Part shown: positions 10,472 through 19,226 of the stretch, piece by piece
How the letters are laid out: every line of letters begins with the position of its first letter
Position numbering within the stretch: the first letter of the stretch is position 1
Source: Candidatus Sabulitectum sp.
GTDB lineage: Bacteria > Fermentibacterota > Fermentibacteria > Fermentibacterales > JCC-6
Direction: 5' to 3'
Assembly: GCA_029938555.1 (NCBI GenBank)
Contig: JAOZUR010000010.1
Span: 1-62,277, forward strand
Length of the DNA: 62,277 nucleotides
Program-made: the position numbers and the translations under genes
Notes under the pieces: generated by a model
Databases searched by the model: none
Told to the model about the DNA's origin: nothing
Seen by the model: the letters and a program-made list of their open reading frames with translations, nothing else

Positions 10472-11546
10472 TTTTCTTCACCTCCCCGAAGCTCAATGGT
10501 TTGGTGTATCTATCAATAAGTGGAGTGCAAAGGTTCATGAGAAGTATTGAATAACTGCACCCCTCAGGATAACCGCCCCATCTTCTGATTATCATGGTGA
10601 GAAGACCAGCTCCAATGCCGAAAATAATTCTTCCCTTTTTAGTAACAGGAGTTGTAACCATATCAGTCACCATGAAAAAACCACCAAGAATAACTCCTCC
10701 AGCCAACAGATGGAAAAGAGGATTACCGTCAAACCAGCCGGGACCTCCAAACAACCAACCAAACAGTGCAACTGATCCCAGGTAACTAAGAGGAAGTCGT
10801 AACTCTAAAACACCTCGTAGAACCAGATAGATAGCCCCTAATAAAAGCATAATCACACTGGTTTCACCGATGCAACCACCAATTCGACCCATGAAGAGGT
10901 TTTTCATACTCTCTTTTGAGAAAAGCATAACCCTGACTTCTTCTGATCTTTCAGTTTCACCTTCCCATGTGAATGTCTGCTTCAGAGCATTCAAAGGAGT
11001 TGCACCAGAAAGGGCATCAAGCTCGCCTGATTCACTCAGCTGCGCTGTTGATACACCACAAGCCTGAACATCAATCCTTTGACCGTCTCTCCACTCCATA
11101 GGAGCAATCCAGCCAGCGGTCATCAATACAGGAAAACTTGCCACAAGAAATGCGCGACCCAAAAGAGCAGGGTTCACAATGTTAAACCCCAGACCTCCAA
11201 AAGCCTGTTTTGCCACTGCTATTGCGAAAGCACTTCCAAGGACAGGAATCCACCATGGAACACCTGATGGTACATTGTACGCCAACAACAAACCAGTAAC
11301 AACAGCACTTCCATCAAATGCAAAATTAACAGGTCTTTTCATGAATTTCAGGCATAACCACTCAGTAAGTACAGCAGCACCAACACTTGCTGCCACAAGC
11401 AATAATGCCTTGGGACCAAAAAACCAGAAAGCCGCGATAAGAGCTGGAATAAGTGCAATTACAACATCCCACATTATTTTTTTTGTACTCTGTGAAGAAC
11501 CCACATGAGGTGAGACTGCAAGATCGAAAATTCTATTTTCAGCCAT
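10464..11546 (-). CDS. rnfD: Rnf complex subunit D
   Basis: SPH, FGGLGFNIVNPAL, FMN motif DALSGATPL, GGCIGETS, FMVTDMVTTP. Confidence 0.95.
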   Translation of the reverse strand: MAENRIFDLAVSPHVGSSQSTKKIMWDVVIALIPALIAAFWFFGPKALLLVAASVGAAVLTEWLCLKFMKRPVNFAFDGSAVVTGLLLAYNVPSGVPWWIPVLGSAFAIAVAKQAFGGLGFNIVNPALLGRAFLVASFPVLMTAGWIAPMEWRDGQRIDVQACGVSTAQLSESGELDALSGATPLNALKQTFTWEGETERSEEVRVMLFSKESMKNLFMGRIGGCIGETSVIMLLLGAIYLVLRGVLELRLPLSYLGSVALFGWLFGGPGWFDGNPLFHLLAGGVILGGFFMVTDMVTTPVTKKGRIIFGIGAGLLTMIIRRWGGYPEGCSYSILLMNLCTPLIDRYTKPLSFGEVKKNG

Positions 11547-12860
11547 TTACGCCTCCCTCCCGCGAATAAGAGCGCGAACTTCGTTTTGTGCACGCTTGAT
11601 ATAATGAACAAGATACCTGCCGGCAGGACATACATAACTGCATGTTCCACAAGCCATACAGTTCAAAGCACCTGCTTTTTCAGCATCGTCCCATTTTTCA
11701 TACTCTGAAGCGGTTGCTATAGAACAAGGAATCAACTTAAGCGGGCAGACATCAACACATTTACCGCACCTTATACATGGACCCTCAATGACATCTCTAA
11801 CCTCTTCAGATGACATGGCAAGAATCCCACTGGTGCCTTTTGTTACAGGAACAGCATCAGTAAACAAAGCCATACCCATCATAGGTCCCCCACCGATCAG
11901 CCTCTTAACATCTTCCTTGTATCCACCGGCGGCTTCAATAAGAGTTGAGACTGGTGTTCCAACACATACATCAAAGTTACCGGGGTTGTTAACTCCAAGA
12001 CCAGAAACAGTAGTTATTCTTCTTGTGCATGGTAATCCCTTGCAAACAGCATCTGCAACAGCAACACAAGTTCCTACATTTTGCACAACCACACCAACAT
12101 TAAGCGGCAGACCTCCAGCAGGCACTTGCCTACCAACAGCAGCATCAATAAGCTGTTTCTCTGCACCCTGAGGATACTGAACCTTTAATTTAACAACTTT
12201 AATTCCTTTTTTCTCAAGCAACTCAATGGCGTCAGGTTTGTTAACTTCAATTCCAATACATGGATTCTGTACACCAAGGGCATGTGCAAGAATATTCATT
12301 CCAGTAATTAAATCTTCTGTTTTTTCAAGCATAAGACGATGATCTGCAGTAAGATATGGTTCACACTCAACACCATTAATAATAAGCGTGTCTATTTTTA
12401 CACCTTTTGGAGGGGAAAGTTTAACGTAAGTGGGGAATGATGCTCCGCCCATTCCACAGACTCCAGCCTCCTTGATACGATTTACCAGCTGAGAAACTTC
12501 AATACTTTTCCAGTCTGTAATGGGGTCAAAAACAATTCCCCCATCTTCAGACTCAGTTTTAATAACCACTGCTGAACCACTGCGCATATGAGGCATTGGA
12601 ACATTCTCTATTCTAAGAACCTTCCCATTAACCGGCGAATGGGTTGGTAGACTGATAAAACCGTTCTGCTCTCCTATCACTGATCCCTTTTTAACCACAT
12701 CACCCGGTTTAACAACCGGTCGGGATGGGGCACCAAGGTGCTGACAGAGAGGAACAGTTACAACCTCAGGAGCTGGGAGTCTCACCACGGCACTACCGCT
12801 GGACAGACTCTTGTTTCCCGGAGGGTGTGTGCCACCTGCAAAGCTTTTTACCTTGCTCAT
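11547..12860 (-). CDS. rnfC: Rnf complex subunit C
   Basis: QHLGAP, GMGGASFPT, NGVECEPYLTAD, YPQGAEKQLI, two 4Fe-4S motifs. Confidence 0.96.
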   Translation of the reverse strand: MSKVKSFAGGTHPPGNKSLSSGSAVVRLPAPEVVTVPLCQHLGAPSRPVVKPGDVVKKGSVIGEQNGFISLPTHSPVNGKVLRIENVPMPHMRSGSAVVIKTESEDGGIVFDPITDWKSIEVSQLVNRIKEAGVCGMGGASFPTYVKLSPPKGVKIDTLIINGVECEPYLTADHRLMLEKTEDLITGMNILAHALGVQNPCIGIEVNKPDAIELLEKKGIKVVKLKVQYPQGAEKQLIDAAVGRQVPAGGLPLNVGVVVQNVGTCVAVADAVCKGLPCTRRITTVSGLGVNNPGNFDVCVGTPVSTLIEAAGGYKEDVKRLIGGGPMMGMALFTDAVPVTKGTSGILAMSSEEVRDVIEGPCIRCGKCVDVCPLKLIPCSIATASEYEKWDDAEKAGALNCMACGTCSYVCPAGRYLVHYIKRAQNEVRALIRGREA

Positions 12861-13003
12861 GATCCTCCATTGTTGGTGTTCAATTCTATATTGTTATATC
12901 TCTTACAATTACAGCAATTTCATCTATGTTGAATAAACAAAATTTAAAACAAAACTTATGGATACTCTGGATTCATGGAATATACAAAAATAGGAGGCAA
13001 TTT

Positions 13004-13456
13004 TCAGCCCTTAAGAAGTTTGTCCAATTCTTCTCTGAATTGAGACACATCCTTGAATTGTCTATAAACACTTGCAAATCTGACATAAGCAACCTGATCA
13101 ACATGCTGAAGCAGATCCATAACACACTCACCTATGAATTCTCCCTGGACTTCATCAGGGTACTCTTCAGTTACCTTGGAAATTATCTGTTCCACCAGTG
13201 AACTTATCTGCTGTGCAGAAACCGGTCTTTTCTCGCATGCCCGGCTTAAACCTTTCGCAAGTTTCTGCGGATCAAATGGCTCTCGCTGCCCATTTTTTTT
13301 CACCACAGAGGGATAACTTGTTTCAATATATTCATAGGTTGTAAACCTATACCCGCATTCATTACACTCCCGCCTTCGCCTGGTTGCCCGGCCATCTTTA
13401 ACTGTGCGGGAGTCAATTACCCTGTCGTTGCTGTTTGAACATCTTGGACATTTCAT
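13004..13456 (-). CDS. nrdR: Transcriptional repressor NrdR
   Basis: True start MKCPRC at 13456; VIDSR, RRRREC..C..RFTTYE, ATP cone, VAYVRFASVY. Confidence 0.96.
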   Translation of the reverse strand: MKCPRCSNSNDRVIDSRTVKDGRATRRRRECNECGYRFTTYEYIETSYPSVVKKNGQREPFDPQKLAKGLSRACEKRPVSAQQISSLVEQIISKVTEEYPDEVQGEFIGECVMDLLQHVDQVAYVRFASVYRQFKDVSQFREELDKLLKG

Positions 13457-13510
13457 ACCGATGTTACTACAAACGAAATTGCTCTTCGTCAAGACTAAAA
13501 AACTCAAAGG

Positions 13511-13539
13511 TTGACGATTTGCCAATCTGTGTATAGAAT
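13511..13539 (+). promoter_or_regulatory. Sigma-70 promoter of the tRNA cluster
   Basis: TTGACG-17 nt-TAGAAT ending 15 nt before tRNA-His. Confidence 0.75.
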
Positions 13540-13553
13540 TGGGACACTTCGGT

Positions 13554-13630
13554 GGTGGGTGTAGTTCAGTTGGTAGAGCCCCTGATTGTGGTTCAGGTGG
13601 TCGCCGGTTCAAGCCCGGTCACCCACCCCA
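13554..13630 (+). tRNA. tRNA-His(GTG)
   Basis: G-1 plus GTGGGTG/CACCCAC acceptor stem, CCTGA-TTGTGGT-TCAGG anticodon arm, TTCAAGC T loop, C73, encoded CCA. Confidence 0.97.
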
Positions 13631-13635
13631 TCGAG

Positions 13636-13711
13636 GCGCTCCTGGCTCAATTGGCAGAGCAACGGACTCTTAATCCGTGGGTTCCGGGTTCAAGTCCCGG
13701 GGGGCGTACCA
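13636..13711 (+). tRNA. tRNA-Lys(CTT)
   Basis: GCGCTCC/GGGGCGT acceptor, ACGGA-CTCTTAA-TCCGT anticodon arm, TTCAAGT, ACCA end. Confidence 0.95.
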
Positions 13712-13712
13712 T

Positions 13713-13738
13713 GGGGACATTATTGTATGTCCCCTTTT
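13713..13738 (+). terminator. Terminator-like hairpin between tRNA-Lys and tRNA-Arg
   Basis: GGGGACAT-TATTGT-ATGTCCCC followed by TTTT. Confidence 0.65.
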
Positions 13739-13752
13739 AAATCTTTGTCGGT

Positions 13753-13829
<77 letters not shown>

Positions 13830-14039
13830 CAGTAAGAGGCTCTCAATTAGTTGGATTTCTCCACAACCATTCTGTATAGAACACTAATGGAGACCGCCAC
13901 AAAGACATATCAAGTTACACTTCAATAACAAGCTTGATTCTGTTTTGCTCTTGACAATTACTTTTTTTATTTGCAGATAATACTAATATGTTTTGGGGCA
14001 AGTTATACGCTATCTTTTTTTTCAAAGGAGTGTAACCGC

Positions 14040-14882
14040 TTGGGTATTCGACGAGTAGAAGGTAAATCCCTAGAGTTATATCTAAAAGAAATTGGTTCTA
14101 AAGAATCACTCACATCCGAAGAAGAAGCAAATCTAGCAAAAAAAATACGGGAAGATGATAAGCAGGCGCAGGAAATTCTTGTGGAAGCTAATCTCAGATT
14201 TGTTGTAAGCATTGCCAAACAATATGCAAACCAGGGTGTTGCCTTGGAAGACCTTATAAGTGAAGGTAATGTGGGTCTTATTCGTGCTGCCCGTGGATTT
14301 GATGAACACCGAGGTTGTAGGTTTATCACTTATGCTGTGTGGTGGATCAGGCAAGCCATACTTCAAACTCTTGCTGAAAATTCGAGAATTGTTCGATTAC
14401 CGCTAAACAGAGTAAACGAGTTGTACAGAATGGGTAGAGCTACAAGAGAACTGGGTCATTCTTTGGGTAGATTACCATCCACTGATGAAATCGCTGGCAA
14501 ACTGGATGTTCCAAGAAAAAACATAGAAGGAATGCTCTCAATTCACAGTACACATCTTTCTCTTGACAGACCTGTTTATGATGGCAGTGATAAAACTTTC
14601 CAGGATATGATGGCATCAAAAAATGCAGATTCCCCTGAAGATGCAGTTGTTATTGATTCTCTTAAAAAAAGTGTAATTGAAATGTTAGAATTTCTTGATA
14701 TTCGAGAGAAAACTATAATCAGCCTATTTTTTGGATTAAGTACAGACAGACGACATACTCTTGCAGAAATTGGTCGCACCATGGGAATAAGCAGAGAACG
14801 GGTGAGGCAACTTAAAAATAGAGCAATAGAAAAACTTCAGCTGTGTTGTGATTCTGAGAAAATGCTGATGTTACTGAGCTGA
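14040..14882 (+). CDS. RNA polymerase sigma-70 factor, RpoD/SigA-like without region 1.1
   Basis: LVEANLRFVVSIAKQY, DLISEGNVGL, FITYAVWWIRQAI, region 4 TLAEIG...SRERVRQL. TTG at 14040 follows AAGGAG. Confidence 0.92.
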   Translation: MGIRRVEGKSLELYLKEIGSKESLTSEEEANLAKKIREDDKQAQEILVEANLRFVVSIAKQYANQGVALEDLISEGNVGLIRAARGFDEHRGCRFITYAVWWIRQAILQTLAENSRIVRLPLNRVNELYRMGRATRELGHSLGRLPSTDEIAGKLDVPRKNIEGMLSIHSTHLSLDRPVYDGSDKTFQDMMASKNADSPEDAVVIDSLKKSVIEMLEFLDIREKTIISLFFGLSTDRRHTLAEIGRTMGISRERVRQLKNRAIEKLQLCCDSEKMLMLLS

Positions 14883-15140
14883 TCAATTTGAATAGCAACG
14901 CCCGCCTGGGCCTGACGTTTTGTGCGCCTCAATTCTCTCTGGCGAGAACCCCTTCTGTTCCACAGCTTCAAGAAAAGCAGATTTATCTTCTTCTCTAACG
15001 GAAATACACATTCCACAATCAGTTGAAAGATTTCTTGGTATGGGAACCATTCTGCATGAAACTCCATTTGCTCTTGCAGCTCTTTCTGCTGAAAGGACAT
15101 GTGTCATGGATTTAAAAATCATATATAGATGATCATTCAC
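14883..15140 (-). CDS. DUF3343 family small protein (putative S/Se carrier-like)
   Basis: F.S.THVL.AE...MVPIPRNLSTDCG motif; coupled to the desulfurase gene. Confidence 0.8.
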   Translation of the reverse strand: MNDHLYMIFKSMTHVLSAERAARANGVSCRMVPIPRNLSTDCGMCISVREEDKSAFLEAVEQKGFSPERIEAHKTSGPGGRCYSN

Positions 15141-16272
15141 AATAACTCCGTACGGCTTTTAATGTCTTTTCCACATCTTCCACTGTTGTAAAAAGACCTG
15201 GACTGAGCCTAACAGTTCCTCCGGGAAATGTACCAATCGTTCTATGAGCAGACGAGGCACAATGAAAACCATGACGGCAACAGATGTCGTGTTCCCGTGA
15301 AAGATAATCAGCAATAGAAGCCGTACATGAATCTGCCAAGGTAAACGAAACTACTGCAGTCCATAACTTACCTGGTTGAGGTCTGTAAACAGTGGCCCCT
15401 TTAATATCCTCTATGCCTTCAGCAAGTTTCCCTGCGATGTTCATTTTTTGCTTATAAACAGTATCAAGGCCTAAAGAATTCAAATACTCAACCCCAGCAA
15501 GCAAACCTGCTAGACCTGGACCGTTCATGGTTCCAGCCTCAAGTCGATCCGGAAGAAAATCTGGTTGTCGGGTCTCTTCAGATAAACTACCGGTTCCCCC
15601 CTGAGCTAATGAATGAATCTGAGCAGAATCAAAATCATCTGAAAATACCATTCCACCAGTTCCTGGAACCCCAAGCAAGCCCTTATGGCCAGTGAAAGCT
15701 ATAATATCAGGGCCTTGCGAAAAATGTACAGGTACGATTCCAGCACTTTGAGCCACATCTAACAAAAAAACTGTACCATTGGAAGCACAGATTTTTGATA
15801 TAGCTTCAACATCCTGCACTGTGCCGGTAACATTTGACCCATGGTTAATAACAGCTAATTTAGTGCCAATTATGTTCTTCTCAAAACTATCTAAGTCTAA
15901 GTGACCAAAACTATCACACTGGGCATAAACAACATTTACGCCTTTTTCAGCAAGTGCAGTAAGTGGCCTGGTAACAGCATTATGCTCCATTGTAGTTGAG
16001 ATAACTTTATCACCACTTTTTAACATTCCATGAAGAACAGTATTGATTGCCCATGTAACATTATGGGTAAAAATCACATTCAATGAATTAGAACTTCCAA
16101 AAAATGAAGCGATACCTTCACGGCAATCAAGCACAACACCAAGAGCTTCTAAAGCAGCTGTACAGTTACCTCTTGCAGGGCTTGCTCCAATATTTAAAAT
16201 ATAACTGGAGACAGCCTCTGAGACCGACAATGGTTTGGGCCATGAAGTGGAAGCATTGTCTAGATAAATCAA
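15133..16272 (-). CDS. Aminotransferase class V, cysteine desulfurase/selenocysteine lyase family
   Basis: IYLDNASTSWPKP, MEHNAV, HGSNVTG, PLP-lysine FTGHKGL, catalytic RHGFHCA. Confidence 0.92.
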   Translation of the reverse strand: MIYLDNASTSWPKPLSVSEAVSSYILNIGASPARGNCTAALEALGVVLDCREGIASFFGSSNSLNVIFTHNVTWAINTVLHGMLKSGDKVISTTMEHNAVTRPLTALAEKGVNVVYAQCDSFGHLDLDSFEKNIIGTKLAVINHGSNVTGTVQDVEAISKICASNGTVFLLDVAQSAGIVPVHFSQGPDIIAFTGHKGLLGVPGTGGMVFSDDFDSAQIHSLAQGGTGSLSEETRQPDFLPDRLEAGTMNGPGLAGLLAGVEYLNSLGLDTVYKQKMNIAGKLAEGIEDIKGATVYRPQPGKLWTAVVSFTLADSCTASIADYLSREHDICCRHGFHCASSAHRTIGTFPGGTVRLSPGLFTTVEDVEKTLKAVRSYCE

Positions 16273-16366
16273 ACGAATCTCCTTTCTGTATAGCGGAAAT
16301 ATATATGATTACAGAAGAAGGTCTATCCACAATGCGAATTGAAGAAATATTGAAAATTACCTCAAT

Positions 16367-16960
16367 CTACAAAAAACTACTTTTAATCTCTGCCCATGTA
16401 TAACGATTCAAGCTTGTTCCACCGTGACCCGTTATAGTCATGTCCCATACAGACCAGTAAAGATTTACACCTGCTATGTACCCGTAGGTATAAACACCAC
16501 CTGTGAAGTCAAGTTCGAAAGTATCACCTGTTTGATAAGGTAATACACACCATACCAAGGTAGTATCTGAACCTTCATAACTGGCATAATTGTAGCTATC
16601 AAGACCATCATATACATCAACAAGAGAATATGGAGCTACCCCTGTATCTACTTCTGCACTTATAGAAATGTAGGAACCTCCATCCATAGCATAACCATCA
16701 TATTCATAACCGCTGTAAAATTCAATGGTTATTGAATCAATACTTTCCGGAACCGTTAAAAGACCACTGTTAAAAGACCTGTACACAAAAGCCAAATCAA
16801 CATCATCGTATGAAGTAGAATAAATTGCGCCAGTATCATTAACTACCCACGGATATTCAAGTTCCCAATCAGCACCAAGTTCGGAAAAAGGAAAAGTCCA
16901 GACAGTATCAGCGAATACAATCGAACTAAAAAAAACAAGAAACAAGATTGTTTTTTTCAT
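16367..16960 (-). CDS. Secreted hypothetical protein with a C-terminal TWAEIKSSFL tail
   Basis: ATG at 16960 after GGAGG; signal peptide MKKTILFLVFFSSIVFA; acidic, Tyr-rich, beta-type composition. Confidence 0.8.
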   Translation of the reverse strand: MKKTILFLVFFSSIVFADTVWTFPFSELGADWELEYPWVVNDTGAIYSTSYDDVDLAFVYRSFNSGLLTVPESIDSITIEFYSGYEYDGYAMDGGSYISISAEVDTGVAPYSLVDVYDGLDSYNYASYEGSDTTLVWCVLPYQTGDTFELDFTGGVYTYGYIAGVNLYWSVWDMTITGHGGTSLNRYTWAEIKSSFL

Positions 16961-17138
16961 TACAGCCTCCCCTGTTATGAAACACAAAACAGCAAATCAT
17001 AACAACGATATTATTAACTTATTCAATCGTGTCAACCAATCTCGCATGATCCATGTACCAAAACTTTTTAGTGGGTTGATTATTTTCTTCTACTGAAATA
17101 GAATACAGTTAGTATTTATAATAAATAGGGGGGAAATT

Positions 17139-17759
17139 GTGAGAGTTATTCTTGTTTTGTTAGTTGTAACATTTTCTGTATCAGCAGAAACTGTATTTGT
17201 AGAGAACTGCGATTTATGGGCAGAAATAGATGGAATTAATCTAATTTTAGAAAATGCAGATGAATTAGACTCTGAAACTCTTGAAGGCTTGTTTCAACAG
17301 ACGGTGGAAATTGTTGTTTCTTCTGAGTTATCGCAACAATTCGAAGATCTCAGGGCTGATGCTTTTGAACATGATAGTTTCCAAGAAATCGATGCTTATA
17401 CAAACCGAGCCGGTATTGCTGTTAATGTATTCATCATGGGTGAGTCAAACAATATAGGTGTGAATGTTGCAGCTTTTTACGAATTGAGTACGCCAGATTC
17501 AGAAGCTAATTCTTTTTTCTTAGTGTGTACAGGCGGTTTCTATGCCGGTAACAATCAGATAGGTACTGCAGAGCTACCTGCATGGATGATTAGAACAGAA
17601 TCAAGCGCACAGGCTGTTATAGACCATGACCAAGCGCAAGAATGGTTAAGCTTCTGGACAGACATTCAGACTTCTCTTGATGGGTATTTCCTAGAAATAG
17701 CAAACCATACAATCCTAAATCTGAATCAAGTTCTCTTGACACCTAAAATTTCGGTATAG
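17139..17759 (+). CDS. Secreted acidic hypothetical protein
   Basis: GTG after a G-rich SD; signal peptide MRVILVLLVVTFSVSA; fills the gap between neighbours. Confidence 0.7.
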   Translation: MRVILVLLVVTFSVSAETVFVENCDLWAEIDGINLILENADELDSETLEGLFQQTVEIVVSSELSQQFEDLRADAFEHDSFQEIDAYTNRAGIAVNVFIMGESNNIGVNVAAFYELSTPDSEANSFFLVCTGGFYAGNNQIGTAELPAWMIRTESSAQAVIDHDQAQEWLSFWTDIQTSLDGYFLEIANHTILNLNQVLLTPKISV

Positions 17760-17784
17760 CTCAAAATACTAAACAGCTACTAAT

Positions 17785-18231
17785 TTAAGTGTAAATACAT
17801 CCCACACTGGCTGTTCCAAGTATGTGCCCCTTCATGGCCGATTGAAGAATTGAAGCTGTTACATCTTCATCGGCTATGGACAACATTTTGTCAAGCGCAT
17901 ACAATTCAAATTTTAATGATAAATCGGGCTGCTTTTCAAGCGGTCCGGCCCAACCCACACCCAATAGATCATTAACTCCCTGTCGCATTCCAGCAGGCAG
18001 AGTCTGCTTTGCAGGCAATCTTCCATAGACTGTTTTTGTTTGAGTTATAATGTTCCATAAAACCCATAAAACCTGGCCCTGTGAGGAAGTACAGATCAAT
18101 GCTAAACTTTCGGTACCCTCCGGTTCTTCTGCCCACCCAAACGGCGGAGATGCATTAAGCCCTGCTGCCGTATACCAACTCGGTAGATATCCACCATCAT
18201 TAAAAGCACTACTGCAAATTTTAAATTCCAT
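17785..18231 (-). CDS. YbhB/YbcL (PEBP/Raf kinase inhibitor-like) family protein, divergent
   Basis: SSAFNDGG, N.SPP..W...PEGT.SLALI, WVLWNI, QGVND, FELYALD. Confidence 0.85.
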   Translation of the reverse strand: MEFKICSSAFNDGGYLPSWYTAAGLNASPPFGWAEEPEGTESLALICTSSQGQVLWVLWNIITQTKTVYGRLPAKQTLPAGMRQGVNDLLGVGWAGPLEKQPDLSLKFELYALDKMLSIADEDVTASILQSAMKGHILGTASVGCIYT

Positions 18232-18233
18232 TA

Positions 18234-19226
18234 TTACTCCTTCTTTACCCTCTGTAAAGCAATATATTCATTCTTTTCCCTGCTGTAAATACCCTTACTC
18301 AATCTGCTACAATTATCAGCATCACCACAAGGAGAAAAAGGTTCAACTCTTGCAATAACATCCCGTACTGATGAATCACACTCCATTATACAGACTTCAA
18401 CGCTCTTACCTATAGCATATCCATCTATCACTTGGATATCTGAATCCACCTGAAGATGAAGGTCAACATATATACCTCCCCCTTGCATTCTAGCTCTGAA
18501 TTTATGAATACTGATCACACCGGTTTCTTTCTCGGCTGCTTTTTTCATTTTGCTCACGACTTCAGAAGGCGGGGCTGAGTTTGTAACTTCTCCTATCACC
18601 GGTTGTAATACATTCCATCCTGCTTTAATCACAAAGATTGAAACAATAAAACCACCAATACTATCCAAAAACATAAATGAACTGCTAAAAAATGAAGCGG
18701 TGACCGCAACTAAAACAGGAATAGAACTAAAACCATCTGATCTGTGGTGCCATGCGTTTGCAGCAAGCGCACCAGAGCCTGTTTCTCTTGCTTTAAGCAA
18801 AGTCCATCGAAACAAAACTTCTTTTGCTACAAGCGAAAGAACTGCTGCAATTATTGCAAATAAACTCGGCCTGATTGATGAAGAATCACTGCCAATGGCT
18901 TTAAGAGAATCTATTGTAATTCCTACCCCAGTTAGCAGTAACATCAGGCCTATAAACAAACTAACAACAGTTTCAATACCCTTGTGCCCCAGTGGATGGG
19001 TATCATCCGGGGGTTTACACCAGAATCTAGCTCCAACAATTATGGCAATATCTGTTGTAAGATCAGAAAGACTATGAACCGCATCAGCAATCAAAGCTCG
19101 ACTTCCAGATAAAACTCCAGCATATCCTTTCAAGACTGTGAGAATTATATTCACCCAAAGCCCTACAACCGCTGTGTGCTGTATTATCTCAGATTTATCT
19201 TGCGACTCTTGAAATATATCTGGCAT
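18234..19226 (-). CDS. Cation diffusion facilitator (FieF/CzcD family) transporter
   Basis: SRALIADAVHSLSD, PPDDTHPLGH, ANAWHHRSD, VDLHLQVD. Confidence 0.92.
   Translation of the reverse strand: MPDIFQESQDKSEIIQHTAVVGLWVNIILTVLKGYAGVLSGSRALIADAVHSLSDLTTDIAIIVGARFWCKPPDDTHPLGHKGIETVVSLFIGLMLLLTGVGITIDSLKAIGSDSSSIRPSLFAIIAAVLSLVAKEVLFRWTLLKARETGSGALAANAWHHRSDGFSSIPVLVAVTASFFSSSFMFLDSIGGFIVSIFVIKAGWNVLQPVIGEVTNSAPPSEVVSKMKKAAEKETGVISIHKFRARMQGGGIYVDLHLQVDSDIQVIDGYAIGKSVEVCIMECDSSVRDVIARVEPFSPCGDADNCSRLSKGIYSREKNEYIALQRVKKE

Noticed and set aside
13457-13740. N-terminal extension of the nrdR ORF to 13612 and the plus-strand ORF 13552..13740
   Set aside because: They overlap the tRNA-His/tRNA-Lys genes and their promoter; NrdR homology begins at MKCPRC.
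13951-13981. TTGACA upstream of the sigma factor gene as a promoter
   Set aside because: The best -10 (GATAAT) is 19 nt away, so it is too weak to call.
14871-14900. Possible Sec read-through of the DUF3343 TGA (CYSN-TGA-SAQ-TAA)
   Set aside because: The spacing is CxxxU rather than CxxU, it adds only 4 residues, it overlaps the convergent sigma gene, and I see no SECIS-like hairpin.
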